From a bacterium (GTDB lineage Bacteria; UBP7; UBA6624), in NCBI GenBank assembly GCA_002716355.1, contig PBAU01000010.1:91645-123644 (forward strand): a DNA stretch of 32,000 nt. The letters are read 5' to 3'. The first letter of the stretch is position 1. Each line of letters opens with the position of its first letter. The notes beneath the pieces are model-generated. The model was given only the letters and a program-made list of their open reading frames with translations. It was not told the origin of the DNA and searched no databases. Positions 8,969 to 18,387 of the stretch are shown here, piece by piece. Made by a program: the position numbers and the translations under genes.

Positions 8969-10114
8969 ATGACTTTAAAAATACCCTTTTGGAAGCATTC
9001 TTTAAAAAATATTGATTTTGAAAATGTTAAAAAAGCAATATCGAATAACCATATAACATCTGGTCCAATATCAAAAAATGTTGAAGAAAAAATATCAAAA
9101 TATCTTGATAGCAATTATGCAGTGTTAACCTCCTCATGCACAACGGCATTACAGGTTTCCCTAATGGCCATTGGTCTAAAAAAGAATGACGAAGTGATCA
9201 CCACCCCAATGTCTTTTATAGCAACTTCAAATGCAATAATACTTGCAGGTGGAACTCCTAAATTCGTCGATGTAGACCCTTATACAGGCTTGATGGATTT
9301 AAAAAAACTAAAAAAATCAATTTCAAAAAAAACTAAAGCAATAATTCCAGTTCATCTTTATGGTCAAATGACGAATATAGAAGCAATAAAAAAAATAACA
9401 GCCAATCGTGACATAAAAATCATTGAGGATTCAGCGCATGCATTTGAAGCAAAAATGAATGGCAAATCACCTGGTTCATTTTCATCCTCTTCAGCATTAT
9501 CTTTCTATGCAACAAAAGCAATCACATGCGGAGAAGGTGGATGTTTGGTAACTAATGAAAAAACAATTTACGAAAAAGCAAGAAAAATAATCCTTCATGG
9601 AATGGATAAAGCTCCTGCATCAAGAGGTTCTCGTTTTTATTCTCATTACGATATGCCAAATCTTGGAATGAAATGTAATCTAGATGATGTATCAGCGTCT
9701 TTGCTCATTGACCAAACTGAAGAAAAATGGATTAAAGAAAATCTTCAAAAAAGATGGTTATTGGATTCTAAATACCGTGAAAATCTAAATGGAATTGAAC
9801 ATTTCGGGATAACTCTTCATCCAACTTTGAAAAAAGAAGACTCGCCCTACCTTTTCACGTTAAGAATACCAGAAAAAAGAGATCTTTTCATCAGGCGGCT
9901 AGAAGAAGCCGGAATTGGTATTGCCGTAAATTATAGACCTATACACCTTATGGAATACTATAAAAAAACATTCCATTATAAGAATGGGGATTTTCCAGAA
10001 GCTGAAAAAATCGGCAAGCAAACATTAACTATCCCATCTCATGGAAACCTAAAAGATGATGAAATCAACTATATTTGTCAAAAAATAAAAAAAATAGCAA
10101 GTGAAGTCCTCTAG
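8969..10114 (+). CDS. DegT/DnrJ/EryC1/StrS-family PLP-dependent sugar aminotransferase
   Basis: 381 aa. Motifs seen: ITSGP, SCTTALQ, DSAHAF, and SFYATKAITCGEGG, which holds the PLP-lysine. Confidence 0.9.
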   Translation: MTLKIPFWKHSLKNIDFENVKKAISNNHITSGPISKNVEEKISKYLDSNYAVLTSSCTTALQVSLMAIGLKKNDEVITTPMSFIATSNAIILAGGTPKFVDVDPYTGLMDLKKLKKSISKKTKAIIPVHLYGQMTNIEAIKKITANRDIKIIEDSAHAFEAKMNGKSPGSFSSSSALSFYATKAITCGEGGCLVTNEKTIYEKARKIILHGMDKAPASRGSRFYSHYDMPNLGMKCNLDDVSASLLIDQTEEKWIKENLQKRWLLDSKYRENLNGIEHFGITLHPTLKKEDSPYLFTLRIPEKRDLFIRRLEEAGIGIAVNYRPIHLMEYYKKTFHYKNGDFPEAEKIGKQTLTIPSHGNLKDDEINYICQKIKKIASEVL

Positions 10115-11354
10115 AAAAAAATTCAAAAATTTTAAAAGTTTTTTTGTGGTTGGCCACTACCTTACACCAGTTTTAAGAAAAACAATTATAGAAATAATTA
10201 ACGAATCAAAAAGATACCTAGAAGGCTCTGAATTAATATTAATCTATTGGTGGCCAGGTGTAGAAAAAAGCGAACTTGCAAAAGAAGCCTCAGAAAAAGG
10301 CATAACTGTCCATGAAATATGGATGGCAGGGCCAATAAATCAGGCAAAAATACATGGTTGGTATAAAAATCTCAATCACTATATCGACACAAACATAAAA
10401 GCTTTTTTAAAAATCCAAAAAATTTTTAGAAAAAATTCAAAATTTAATTGTGCATTAACTATATTCCATACTCCCTGGTACGCAGAATTTCTAGCACTTC
10501 TTGCAGCACGACCAAGAAAGTTAGCAGTTAAATTCTTCACATCCACAGAACCTTTTGTCCCAATTCATAAAAAAATTGCTCTTGCATTAAATTCAATATT
10601 TCTAAATAGGCTCATAGTAAACTCAAATGAAGCTAAAAAATTCGCAATGTCACTTGGACACATTTTTTCAAAAATATCAATTATGAGAAATATTGATATA
10701 GTTGCAAGACAATTTGATAAATACAAATCTGATGGCAATATAGTCAGAAAAGAATTCGGCATAGATGAAAAAGCAATCTTGGTTGGCTCTGTAAGCAGGC
10801 TTGATCCAACAAAAGGTCATAAAACTTTAATCAACTGCTGGAAAAAAGTTCAAGAAAGATTTCCTAAATCAAGATTGCTTATTGTTGGTGGATCAATATA
10901 TGGAGAAAAAGATCCGTATCTAATCCAGCTCAAAAAAATTGTTAAAGATAGCAATCTAGAAGATTCTCTAGACTTTGCTGGTTTAAGGGAGAATGTAAAT
11001 GATTTTTATGCAGCGATGGACATACTTGTACACCCATCTATATTCGATCTATTCCCATTCACAATATTAGAGGCTCAAAGCATGAAAATCCCAGTAATAT
11101 CGACAAAAGTAGGCACCATACCTCAAATGATTTCAAATGGAAAAGAAGGAATCTTGGTTGAAGAGGAAAATGAAAATGAATTAGCTGACGCAATTATTAA
11201 GTTGATAAAAAACAAAAATGAAAGAAAAATCATGGGTGAAAACGGATATAAAAGAAACACAAAAACTTGGACTGCCGAAAGAGCAGCAAAATCATGCATT
11301 AATCTCTACAATGACGTAATTGAAAGAAAATGGACTAAAGATTACGAATGTTAA
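10101..11354 (+). CDS. Glycosyltransferase, GT-B fold (family 4-like)
   Basis: 417 aa. GTG start overlapping the DegT 3' end by 14 nt. The C-terminal half has LVGSVSRLDPTKGH...LLIVGG...PSIFDLFPFTILEAQSMKIPVISTKVGTIPQMI...GILVE, typical of Glycos_transf_1. Confidence 0.8.
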   Translation: MKSSRKKFKNFKSFFVVGHYLTPVLRKTIIEIINESKRYLEGSELILIYWWPGVEKSELAKEASEKGITVHEIWMAGPINQAKIHGWYKNLNHYIDTNIKAFLKIQKIFRKNSKFNCALTIFHTPWYAEFLALLAARPRKLAVKFFTSTEPFVPIHKKIALALNSIFLNRLIVNSNEAKKFAMSLGHIFSKISIMRNIDIVARQFDKYKSDGNIVRKEFGIDEKAILVGSVSRLDPTKGHKTLINCWKKVQERFPKSRLLIVGGSIYGEKDPYLIQLKKIVKDSNLEDSLDFAGLRENVNDFYAAMDILVHPSIFDLFPFTILEAQSMKIPVISTKVGTIPQMISNGKEGILVEEENENELADAIIKLIKNKNERKIMGENGYKRNTKTWTAERAAKSCINLYNDVIERKWTKDYEC

Positions 11355-12310
11355 AAGAAATCAAAAAAATAGAAGATTTTAAAAATATTGAAAGTTTTGC
11401 AAAAAAAATATTAGCATCGCCTTATAGGTTTATAAAAGAATACCCCTCGCATGTCCACCAAGAACATCTTTTGAAAAAATGGCAAAGTTCAATTGGGTCC
11501 GAAAAAAATCTTTTTTTGGTTTCTGAAGATTCAGTTTGCACGGTAGACCATTCCATATTTGATTCAGAAGCTTTTGGTAAAAAATCAGGAATTCTAAATC
11601 TTTTTCATTCGGTAAAAAAATCCCAAAAAGAATCAGACAAGTTGATCAAGGAAGCAACAAGATGGGCAGATGAAAATAATTTTTCATTCCTGCAAACAAG
11701 AATTGATGCTCAAAACATAGTGGGCATTAGAGCTTTAGAAAATAACAAATTCAATTATGCAGATATAGTTTTAAGAAGCATTTTCACATACGAAGAAGGA
11801 ATTACGCATGAAATTTATGGGATAAAAAGCAAAACCAACGTCAGGCTTGCTGAAAAAAAAGACTTTGAAAAAATATTAAACATAGCAAAAAAAATATTCA
11901 AAAATTCAAGATTTCATAAAGATCCTAATTTTCCTGATGGTTTTGCTGAAAAAATTCATGAATCATGGGTCGAAAAATCTCTAAACCAGGAAAGGGGATT
12001 CTGTTTTGTATCAGAGGAGAATAATTCTTTATGCGGATTTTTTACAGCAGCTTTTGATAATGAAATAAATGAACATAGTTCAGACAAACTCATTAGATTT
12101 GAATTATCAGCAGTCTTACCAATGAGAAGAGCATCAACTATATGGCTTGATCTTTTAAATGCTGTGGTTAGACATGGGTATTCAAAAGGTGGCAAATTTT
12201 TCGAGGGAAGACCTCAGGCTTATAATTACCAAATACTTCAAAGACAAATGAAAGTGCCTCCTAAATATTTAAAAGCGGAAATGGCGCTTCACAGGATGAA
12301 AAATAAATGA
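11348..12310 (+). CDS. Hypothetical protein, possibly a two-domain GNAT-like N-acyltransferase
   Basis: 320 aa. ATGTTAA overlap with the GT gene and ATGA overlap with purH. The assignment rests on context (next to the sugar aminotransferase) and on a weak GNAT-like segment, FCFVSEENNSLCGFFTAAF...SAVLPMRRASTIWLDLLNAVVRHG. Confidence 0.35.
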   Translation: MLKEIKKIEDFKNIESFAKKILASPYRFIKEYPSHVHQEHLLKKWQSSIGSEKNLFLVSEDSVCTVDHSIFDSEAFGKKSGILNLFHSVKKSQKESDKLIKEATRWADENNFSFLQTRIDAQNIVGIRALENNKFNYADIVLRSIFTYEEGITHEIYGIKSKTNVRLAEKKDFEKILNIAKKIFKNSRFHKDPNFPDGFAEKIHESWVEKSLNQERGFCFVSEENNSLCGFFTAAFDNEINEHSSDKLIRFELSAVLPMRRASTIWLDLLNAVVRHGYSKGGKFFEGRPQAYNYQILQRQMKVPPKYLKAEMALHRMKNK

Positions 12311-13794
12311 AAAAATATGCAATATTATCAGTAACCAACAAAGAAAATTTAGAAAACCTGGGTAAAGAACTTGTAAAAAATAATTTTTTAATATTCTCAA
12401 GTGGGGGAACAAGAAAATATCTAGAAAAACATGGTGTTGATGTTTGCTCTGTCTCTGAATTGACTACATTTCCTGAAATATTAGATGGCAGAGTGAAAAC
12501 ACTTCATCCAAAAGTTTTTGGTGGGATACTTGCAGATGTAACTAATAAAAAACATATAAAAGAAATGAACGAAAATCAAATAAACAGAATTGATATGGTT
12601 GTTGTTAATTTCTATAACTTTTCAGAAGGAAAAAACAAAGAATTCTCTAAAGCGATTGAATCAATAGATATTGGTGGCCCAAGCATGGTTAGAGCTGCAG
12701 CAAAAAATCATCAAAATTGTTTAGTTGTAACAGATCCAAAGGATTATGAAGAAGTTATAAAAAATTTAGATAAAGGTTTTGATTCCGAAATAAGAAAAAG
12801 ATATGCTGCAAAAGCCTTTGAAAAAACTGCAAAACTTGATCTTGACATCTCAGAATGGATGAACAAGGGAGGCAAAGAATCTGAATTTGCTCTAGAAGGA
12901 GAATGGGAAGAATTAAGATATGGTGAAAACCCTCATCAAAAAGCAGCTGTTTTAATTTCAAAAAACCTTAAAAAAGAACAAATACAACATCAAGGAAAAG
13001 AACTTTCTTACAATAATTATCTAGACATTGATGCTGCTCTAAGGATTTGCAAATCTCTCCCTTCTGATGGTTCGGTAGTTGTCAAGCATACAAATCCAAC
13101 TGGAGTTGCACTTAACAATAATTTAAGACAATCAATGGAGGATGCTTGGAATGGAGACCCAAGAGCAGCTTTTGGCTCTGTTATAGCAGTAAAACCAAGA
13201 TTGGACCGAGAAACAGCTAAATATCTGTCTGATTTCTTTGTTGAGGTTATAGTTACACCTTTTGTGGAAAAAGAAGCCCTTGAGATATTAAGCGAAAAGA
13301 AAAATCTAAGAATTATCACAATGCCTCTTCTTGAGCGAGAAAAATGGTCACTAAAAACCTTATCAGGCATAACCCTTCGTCAAGATAATGATAAAAAAAC
13401 TACATCTCCAAAAGATTGGTCTTGGCATGGACCTAAAGCTGACAGTAAAACAGTTTCGGACCTACATTTAGCAAACATTATTGTTAAAGAAATGAAGTCA
13501 AATGCAATATGTCTGGTAAAAAATGGTGTGATGATTGGAGGTGGAGCTGGTAGCACAAGCAGAGTTGGAGCTCTAGAAACTGCACTTTCAGTTTCTGGTA
13601 AAAAATCACATCAATCAGTCATGTCTTCAGATGCTTTTTTTCCCTTCAGAGACTCAATAGATCTAGCTGCCAAGCATGGAGTAAAAGCAATTGTCCAACC
13701 AGGGGGATCAATTAGAGATGATGAAGTTATCCGAGCTTCTGAAGAAAATAATATATCCCTAGCACTGACTGGAACCAGGCATTTTAATCACTAA
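12307..13794 (+). CDS. purH: Bifunctional AICAR transformylase / IMP cyclohydrolase
   Basis: 495 aa. Motifs seen: YAILSVTNKENL, SSGGTRKYL, GRVKTLHPKVFGGIL, IDIGGPSMVRAAAKNH, and C-terminal SDAFFPFRDSID...IVQPGGSIRD. Confidence 0.95.
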   Translation: MKKYAILSVTNKENLENLGKELVKNNFLIFSSGGTRKYLEKHGVDVCSVSELTTFPEILDGRVKTLHPKVFGGILADVTNKKHIKEMNENQINRIDMVVVNFYNFSEGKNKEFSKAIESIDIGGPSMVRAAAKNHQNCLVVTDPKDYEEVIKNLDKGFDSEIRKRYAAKAFEKTAKLDLDISEWMNKGGKESEFALEGEWEELRYGENPHQKAAVLISKNLKKEQIQHQGKELSYNNYLDIDAALRICKSLPSDGSVVVKHTNPTGVALNNNLRQSMEDAWNGDPRAAFGSVIAVKPRLDRETAKYLSDFFVEVIVTPFVEKEALEILSEKKNLRIITMPLLEREKWSLKTLSGITLRQDNDKKTTSPKDWSWHGPKADSKTVSDLHLANIIVKEMKSNAICLVKNGVMIGGGAGSTSRVGALETALSVSGKKSHQSVMSSDAFFPFRDSIDLAAKHGVKAIVQPGGSIRDDEVIRASEENNISLALTGTRHFNH

Positions 13795-13814
13795 AAATTT
13801 ATATAATATAAACC

Positions 13815-14321
13815 ATGAAAGTTCAAGGAAATGTATTTAAGTTTGAAGATAACATAGATACTGACATCATTATTCCAGCAAGATATTGCTCAAGCTATCA
13901 AAAAGAAGATTTAACTCCACATTGCATGGAGGGTCATCCTGAATGGACAGACGGATCTTTTGCGAAGCAAGTAAAACAAGGTGATATTATTGTTGCAGGT
14001 GAAAATTTTGGTTGTGGATCATCAAGAGAAGTAGCTCCATTATGCATAAAATGGTCTGGGGTATCACTTGTTATAGCAAACTCATTTGCAAGGATTTTTT
14101 ATAGAAATTCAATCAACATAGGGCTTCCAATTCTTGTTTGCAAAGAAATGGTTGAAATTACTGATCACAGCGATGAGATAAAAGCAAATTTAAGAACAGG
14201 TAAAATTACGAATATAACTAAAAACAAAAAATTTTCAGCAGAACCGTTTCCAAAATTTATTGAAGAAATAATTAAATCTGGCGGTTTGATAAACTGGATT
14301 AAAGATCAAGGTTTAACATAA
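13815..14321 (+). CDS. leuD: 3-isopropylmalate/homoaconitate dehydratase small subunit (LeuD type 2-like)
   Basis: 168 aa. Motifs seen: DNIDTDIIIPARY and GENFGCGSSREVAP. No large-subunit gene is adjacent. Confidence 0.8.
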   Translation: MKVQGNVFKFEDNIDTDIIIPARYCSSYQKEDLTPHCMEGHPEWTDGSFAKQVKQGDIIVAGENFGCGSSREVAPLCIKWSGVSLVIANSFARIFYRNSINIGLPILVCKEMVEITDHSDEIKANLRTGKITNITKNKKFSAEPFPKFIEEIIKSGGLINWIKDQGLT

Positions 14322-14323
14322 TT

Positions 14324-15544
14324 TTGAAAAAATCAAATAATCTAATTTTTGATTGGAATAAAAAAAACACTAACTTCTTTCCAGAAAAAACTCCTCAACT
14401 TGATGATGAAACATTAAGAGATGGACTACAAAGCCCTTCTGTAAAAACACCCACAATGGAAGAAAAGATAAAAATAATACATCTAATTAATGATTTAGGA
14501 ATTGAATCTGCAAACATCGGGCTTCCTGGGGCTGGAAAACATGTAGAAGATTCAGCCTTAAAATTGGCGCAAGAAATATCTAATCAAAAATTAAACATCT
14601 ATCCGAATTGCGCTGCAAGAACATTAAGAATAGATGTTGAACCTGTGATAAGAATACAACAAAAAACAGGATTAAAAATGGAAGTTAGCACATTTATTGG
14701 ATCCTCCCCTATTAGACAGTATGCAGAAGGCTGGACTATAGATAAAATGCTCAAAGATACTGAAGATTCAGTTTCGTTTGCAATTGAAAATGGATTAGAT
14801 GTAATGTATGTTACCGAAGACACAACAAGAGCAGATCCGGAAGACCTCAAAAAACTTTATAGGGCAGCTATAGAATGCGGTGCAAAACGAGTAACAATCT
14901 GCGACACTGTTGGCCATGCAACCCCCCAGGGAGTAAAGGCCTTGGTGAGCTTTATAAGAAATTTTGTAGACAATATCGAAAATGGGATACAAGTTGATTG
15001 GCATGGCCATAGAGATAGAGGTCTTGATATGCCAAATACATTAGCAGCTATTGAAGCTGGAGCAGACAGAGTTCACGGAACTGCTTTAGGGATCGGAGAA
15101 AGGGTTGGAAACACACCAATAGATCAACTTCTAGTAAATTTTCAACTTCTTGGGTGGATAGACAGGGACCTTTCAAAACTTTCAGAATATGTCAAGACAG
15201 TTAGTGATGCCACAGGTGTTCCAATACCTAAAGGTTATCCAGTAATTGGTGAGGATGCCTTTAGAACAGGAACAGGCGTTCATGCTGCAGCGGTTATCAA
15301 AGCCTTGAAGAAAGGTGACAACTGGCTAGCTGACAGAGTATATAGTGGTGTTCCAGCAGCAAATTTCGGCTTAAAACAAAAAATTGAAATCGGACCAATG
15401 AGCGGAAAATCAAATATCATATTCTGGTTACGGGAAAATGGTTACGAAGAAGACGAAACAATAATTGAAGCTATATTTCAAACAGCAAAAAAATCAAAAA
15501 AAATACTTGCTGAAAAAGAAATTCATAAACTAGCATCTTCATGA
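14324..15544 (+). CDS. HMGL-like 2-isopropylmalate/homocitrate/citramalate synthase family enzyme, short form without the LeuA regulatory domain
   Basis: 406 aa. TTG start 3 nt after the leuD stop, with no in-frame ATG before the conserved core. Motifs seen: DDETLRDGLQSP and DWHGHRDRGLDMPNTLAAIEAGADRVHGTALGIGERVGNTPIDQL. Confidence 0.75.
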   Translation: MKKSNNLIFDWNKKNTNFFPEKTPQLDDETLRDGLQSPSVKTPTMEEKIKIIHLINDLGIESANIGLPGAGKHVEDSALKLAQEISNQKLNIYPNCAARTLRIDVEPVIRIQQKTGLKMEVSTFIGSSPIRQYAEGWTIDKMLKDTEDSVSFAIENGLDVMYVTEDTTRADPEDLKKLYRAAIECGAKRVTICDTVGHATPQGVKALVSFIRNFVDNIENGIQVDWHGHRDRGLDMPNTLAAIEAGADRVHGTALGIGERVGNTPIDQLLVNFQLLGWIDRDLSKLSEYVKTVSDATGVPIPKGYPVIGEDAFRTGTGVHAAAVIKALKKGDNWLADRVYSGVPAANFGLKQKIEIGPMSGKSNIIFWLRENGYEEDETIIEAIFQTAKKSKKILAEKEIHKLASS

Positions 15545-16320
15545 TTTTTTTAACACTTTTAATATTCTTTCAAGAAAACCTCATACCCGAAAAATTCAAA
15601 GAGCCATCAGGTTTGGCATATTCCGAAAAAAGAAAAACTATTTTTGTTGTAGGGGATGAAGGCCATATTGCTGAATTAGACAAAGATGGAAAACTTATAA
15701 AAATGAAAAAAATGCCGGGAGACTCTTGCGAACGAGACTTTGAGGCAGTATCAATTGATCCAAGAAACAACAATTTACTAATCATGAGAGAGCCTTTATG
15801 GGAAATAATTTCAGTTAATCCGGAAAGTTTTGAAATTGAATTCACATACAAACTTCCTGGAGCACCATCAAACTGCAAAGATGAAGACTGGGGGCTTGAA
15901 GCGTTAACCGTTATCGGTAATGATGAAGGAAAAGATGGTTGGCTAAAAGTGTTAGCTGGAAAACAAAGGTATCCTGCAGCAATTTATGAATTCTCAATTC
16001 CTCTAGAGGGAAATGAGGATCCGACACTGAATAAAGAGCATAAACTCAAAATTGAATCTATTTCTGACCTATATTACGAAAAAGAAACTAATAATTTATG
16101 GATTTTAGATTCATGGCTAATCCAAAGAATGCTCACTGCAGGTGGTTTTCATGGAAGACTGTTTCTTTTTAAAGATTATAAAAAAATAAAAACTTGGCAT
16201 CTACCTTTCCCTTTATCAGAAGGAATATCATTTACTCCAAGTGGTGATCTCTGGGTAGCAGATGATACAGGCGGGATTTATCTATTTAAAAAATGGAAAG
16301 AAAAAAATCTTAATTTTTAA
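15541..16320 (+). CDS. SdiA-regulated/YjiK-like beta-propeller-type protein (tentative)
   Basis: 259 aa. ATGA overlap with the upstream gene. Hydrophobic N-terminus MIFLTLLIFF. EPSGLAYS...IFVVGDEGHIAELDKDGKL and C-terminal SEGISFTPSGDLWVADD recall that family. Confidence 0.45.
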   Translation: MIFLTLLIFFQENLIPEKFKEPSGLAYSEKRKTIFVVGDEGHIAELDKDGKLIKMKKMPGDSCERDFEAVSIDPRNNNLLIMREPLWEIISVNPESFEIEFTYKLPGAPSNCKDEDWGLEALTVIGNDEGKDGWLKVLAGKQRYPAAIYEFSIPLEGNEDPTLNKEHKLKIESISDLYYEKETNNLWILDSWLIQRMLTAGGFHGRLFLFKDYKKIKTWHLPFPLSEGISFTPSGDLWVADDTGGIYLFKKWKEKNLNF

Positions 16321-16993
16321 AATCTTGAAAATCTAAAAAATTATCCCAAAAAGGAATCAAAATTCTTTCTTTGTCAAAAATCACTTCAAGCATCAGTATC
16401 TGATCAAAACTTATGACTTCAGTCAAAACCAAAAGCCTTTTAGAGTACCAAGGCAACAAAGAATTATCATCCCATAAAAACCTAACAATATTGTTACCCT
16501 TTTGAGCTTGAAGGAAATCGTCATCTTCTTGAGGGATAAAACGTTGTAAAGTTTCACCATTTTTTAAATGAAACTTAACATAAGGCAAAGAATTTTCAAC
16601 AGTATCTTTAGTTTGGTTGTGAATGTTCAAAAGCCAAAGCTGTTTGCCAGATATCAAACTATCACTATCAGACAAAAGTATCAAATCAGCTTCGTAATTC
16701 AAAGACGATGAAAAGCCATAATAAACTTTATCTTTTTGTAAAGTTTGGATATTCTGAATAACAAGATCTTTTAAAGATTCTAAATCTCCATATTTGAACC
16801 AAAGCCATGAATAAGAATAACTCAAAAAAGTACGTTGAGTTGAAGCATTTATTTCATCATTTTGAGATTCGTAATCAGAAAGCATTCTTTTTGAATCTTC
16901 TACTTTTAAATACCAATCTTCAATATCAGCTTTTTCCTGAAAGCTGAACGAATCCCCTAGTATAAAAATTAAAAAAAATAAAAACTTAATCAT
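16310..16993 (-). CDS. Hypothetical secreted protein
   Basis: 227 aa. Signal-like N-terminus MIKFLFFLIFILGDSFSF. ATGA overlap with the gatB stop. Its 3' end overlaps the convergent gene by 11 nt. Confidence 0.55.
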   Translation of the reverse strand: MIKFLFFLIFILGDSFSFQEKADIEDWYLKVEDSKRMLSDYESQNDEINASTQRTFLSYSYSWLWFKYGDLESLKDLVIQNIQTLQKDKVYYGFSSSLNYEADLILLSDSDSLISGKQLWLLNIHNQTKDTVENSLPYVKFHLKNGETLQRFIPQEDDDFLQAQKGNNIVRFLWDDNSLLPWYSKRLLVLTEVISFDQILMLEVIFDKERILIPFWDNFLDFQDFKN

Positions 16994-18378
16994 GTTAATT
17001 TTATATTCTTTTCAATTTCAAGCTTTAGTAATTCAGGATGTGCCCTTCCTTTAGACTTTCTCATCCCCATGCCAACTAACGACTTAATAACAGCAGTTTT
17101 GCCATTTAAATACTTTTCAACAATCCCAGGATTCTGTCTTACTATATCTTCGGCAAGCACTGAAAGATCCTGATCGGATAAATAATTAGAATCTCCGAGT
17201 GCATTTATGAGAGAATCGATATCTGATCCTTTGATGAGCTTAGGTAAGATTTCTTTAGCTATTGCCCTTGTAACTTTCCCAGACTCAACATAACAAATCA
17301 ACTCAGTCATATCTTTTACTTTTGGAGATATCCCCAAAACACTTGAATCGTTTTTCCAAAATGATGACAAGGGTCCAGTTATCCATGCAGCCAATTCCTT
17401 ATTGTTTATACCCTTTGGAAAACTTTGATAATAATTAAAAACTTTATGATTTAAAGAGATGGTTCTTGCCATCTGAAAAGAAACCCCTTTATCCATCATT
17501 ATCTTAACTTTCTGATATGGTGTCAAAACATCAAAAGAGCTTTTGCGAGTTTTAATCATGCTTAAATCTGGATCAGGGAAATAACGATAATCCGAAGCTG
17601 ACTCTTTCACTCTTTGGAGAATGCATTTTTGACTAGACTCATCCCAGCCTTTCGTTACAGAATTAACAACCTCGCCATCTTCAACCTGCTTAACCTGACA
17701 AGCAATCTCCCATTTTATAGCTTTTTCAACTCCACTTATACTGCCTAAATTTTTAATCTCCACTTTGTTTGAGACTCTCCCATCAACAGATACTGAAACG
17801 TTTGGCTCACACCTCATAGCTCCAGTTTCCATTTTTCCAGTTGAAATCTCACACTCTATTAATGATGACCTTAAGCTTCGCAAAAACTCGCCTGCCTCTC
17901 TTGAATTTTTAAAATCAGGCTCTGTAACTATTTCCAACAAAGGGATTCCTGATCTATTAAAGTCCAACAATGAATCCTGACCTTTCACAATTAATTGTGC
18001 AGTATCTTCTTCAACCTGTATCCTTCTTATTCTTGCCTTGCACTCAACACCCTCGCTAAAGAAAAACCATTCTCCATTTTCTCCAATCGGTTTTAAAAAT
18101 TGACTTATCTGATAACCCTTAGGCAAGTCAGGATAAAAATAATTTTTTCTTTCAGCTACACTAAATTCGTTTAAGCTACACTTGAGAAGATGTGCACATC
18201 TTGATGCAAGATCAAAAACATATTTGTTTGGTACTGGTAATGCTCCAGGAAGCCCATAACAAACAGGACAGCAATTCGTATTTGGATCTGAATAAGAACA
18301 AGAACACCTGCAGTACATTTTTGTTTGGCTCATTAATTGAACATGAATCTCTAAACCTATCATTGGATTTAAATTCAT
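16990..18378 (-). CDS. gatB: Asp-tRNA(Asn)/Glu-tRNA(Gln) amidotransferase subunit B
   Basis: 462 aa. Motifs seen: IGLEIHVQL, TKMYCRC, CPVCYGLPGALP, NYFYPDLPKGYQISQ, and a C-terminal YqeY-like tail. Confidence 0.95.
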   Translation of the reverse strand: MNLNPMIGLEIHVQLMSQTKMYCRCSCSYSDPNTNCCPVCYGLPGALPVPNKYVFDLASRCAHLLKCSLNEFSVAERKNYFYPDLPKGYQISQFLKPIGENGEWFFFSEGVECKARIRRIQVEEDTAQLIVKGQDSLLDFNRSGIPLLEIVTEPDFKNSREAGEFLRSLRSSLIECEISTGKMETGAMRCEPNVSVSVDGRVSNKVEIKNLGSISGVEKAIKWEIACQVKQVEDGEVVNSVTKGWDESSQKCILQRVKESASDYRYFPDPDLSMIKTRKSSFDVLTPYQKVKIMMDKGVSFQMARTISLNHKVFNYYQSFPKGINNKELAAWITGPLSSFWKNDSSVLGISPKVKDMTELICYVESGKVTRAIAKEILPKLIKGSDIDSLINALGDSNYLSDQDLSVLAEDIVRQNPGIVEKYLNGKTAVIKSLVGMGMRKSKGRAHPELLKLEIEKNIKLT

Positions 18379-18387
18379 ATCAAATAA

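Noticed and set aside
13017-13370. Antisense ORFs of 60-143 aa inside long genes (also e.g. 15570-15878, 30516-30947, 23408-24090, 4525-4941)
   Set aside because: They are embedded opposite motif-bearing genes, have no RBS and are compositionally odd. Long antisense frames like these commonly stay open opposite real genes.
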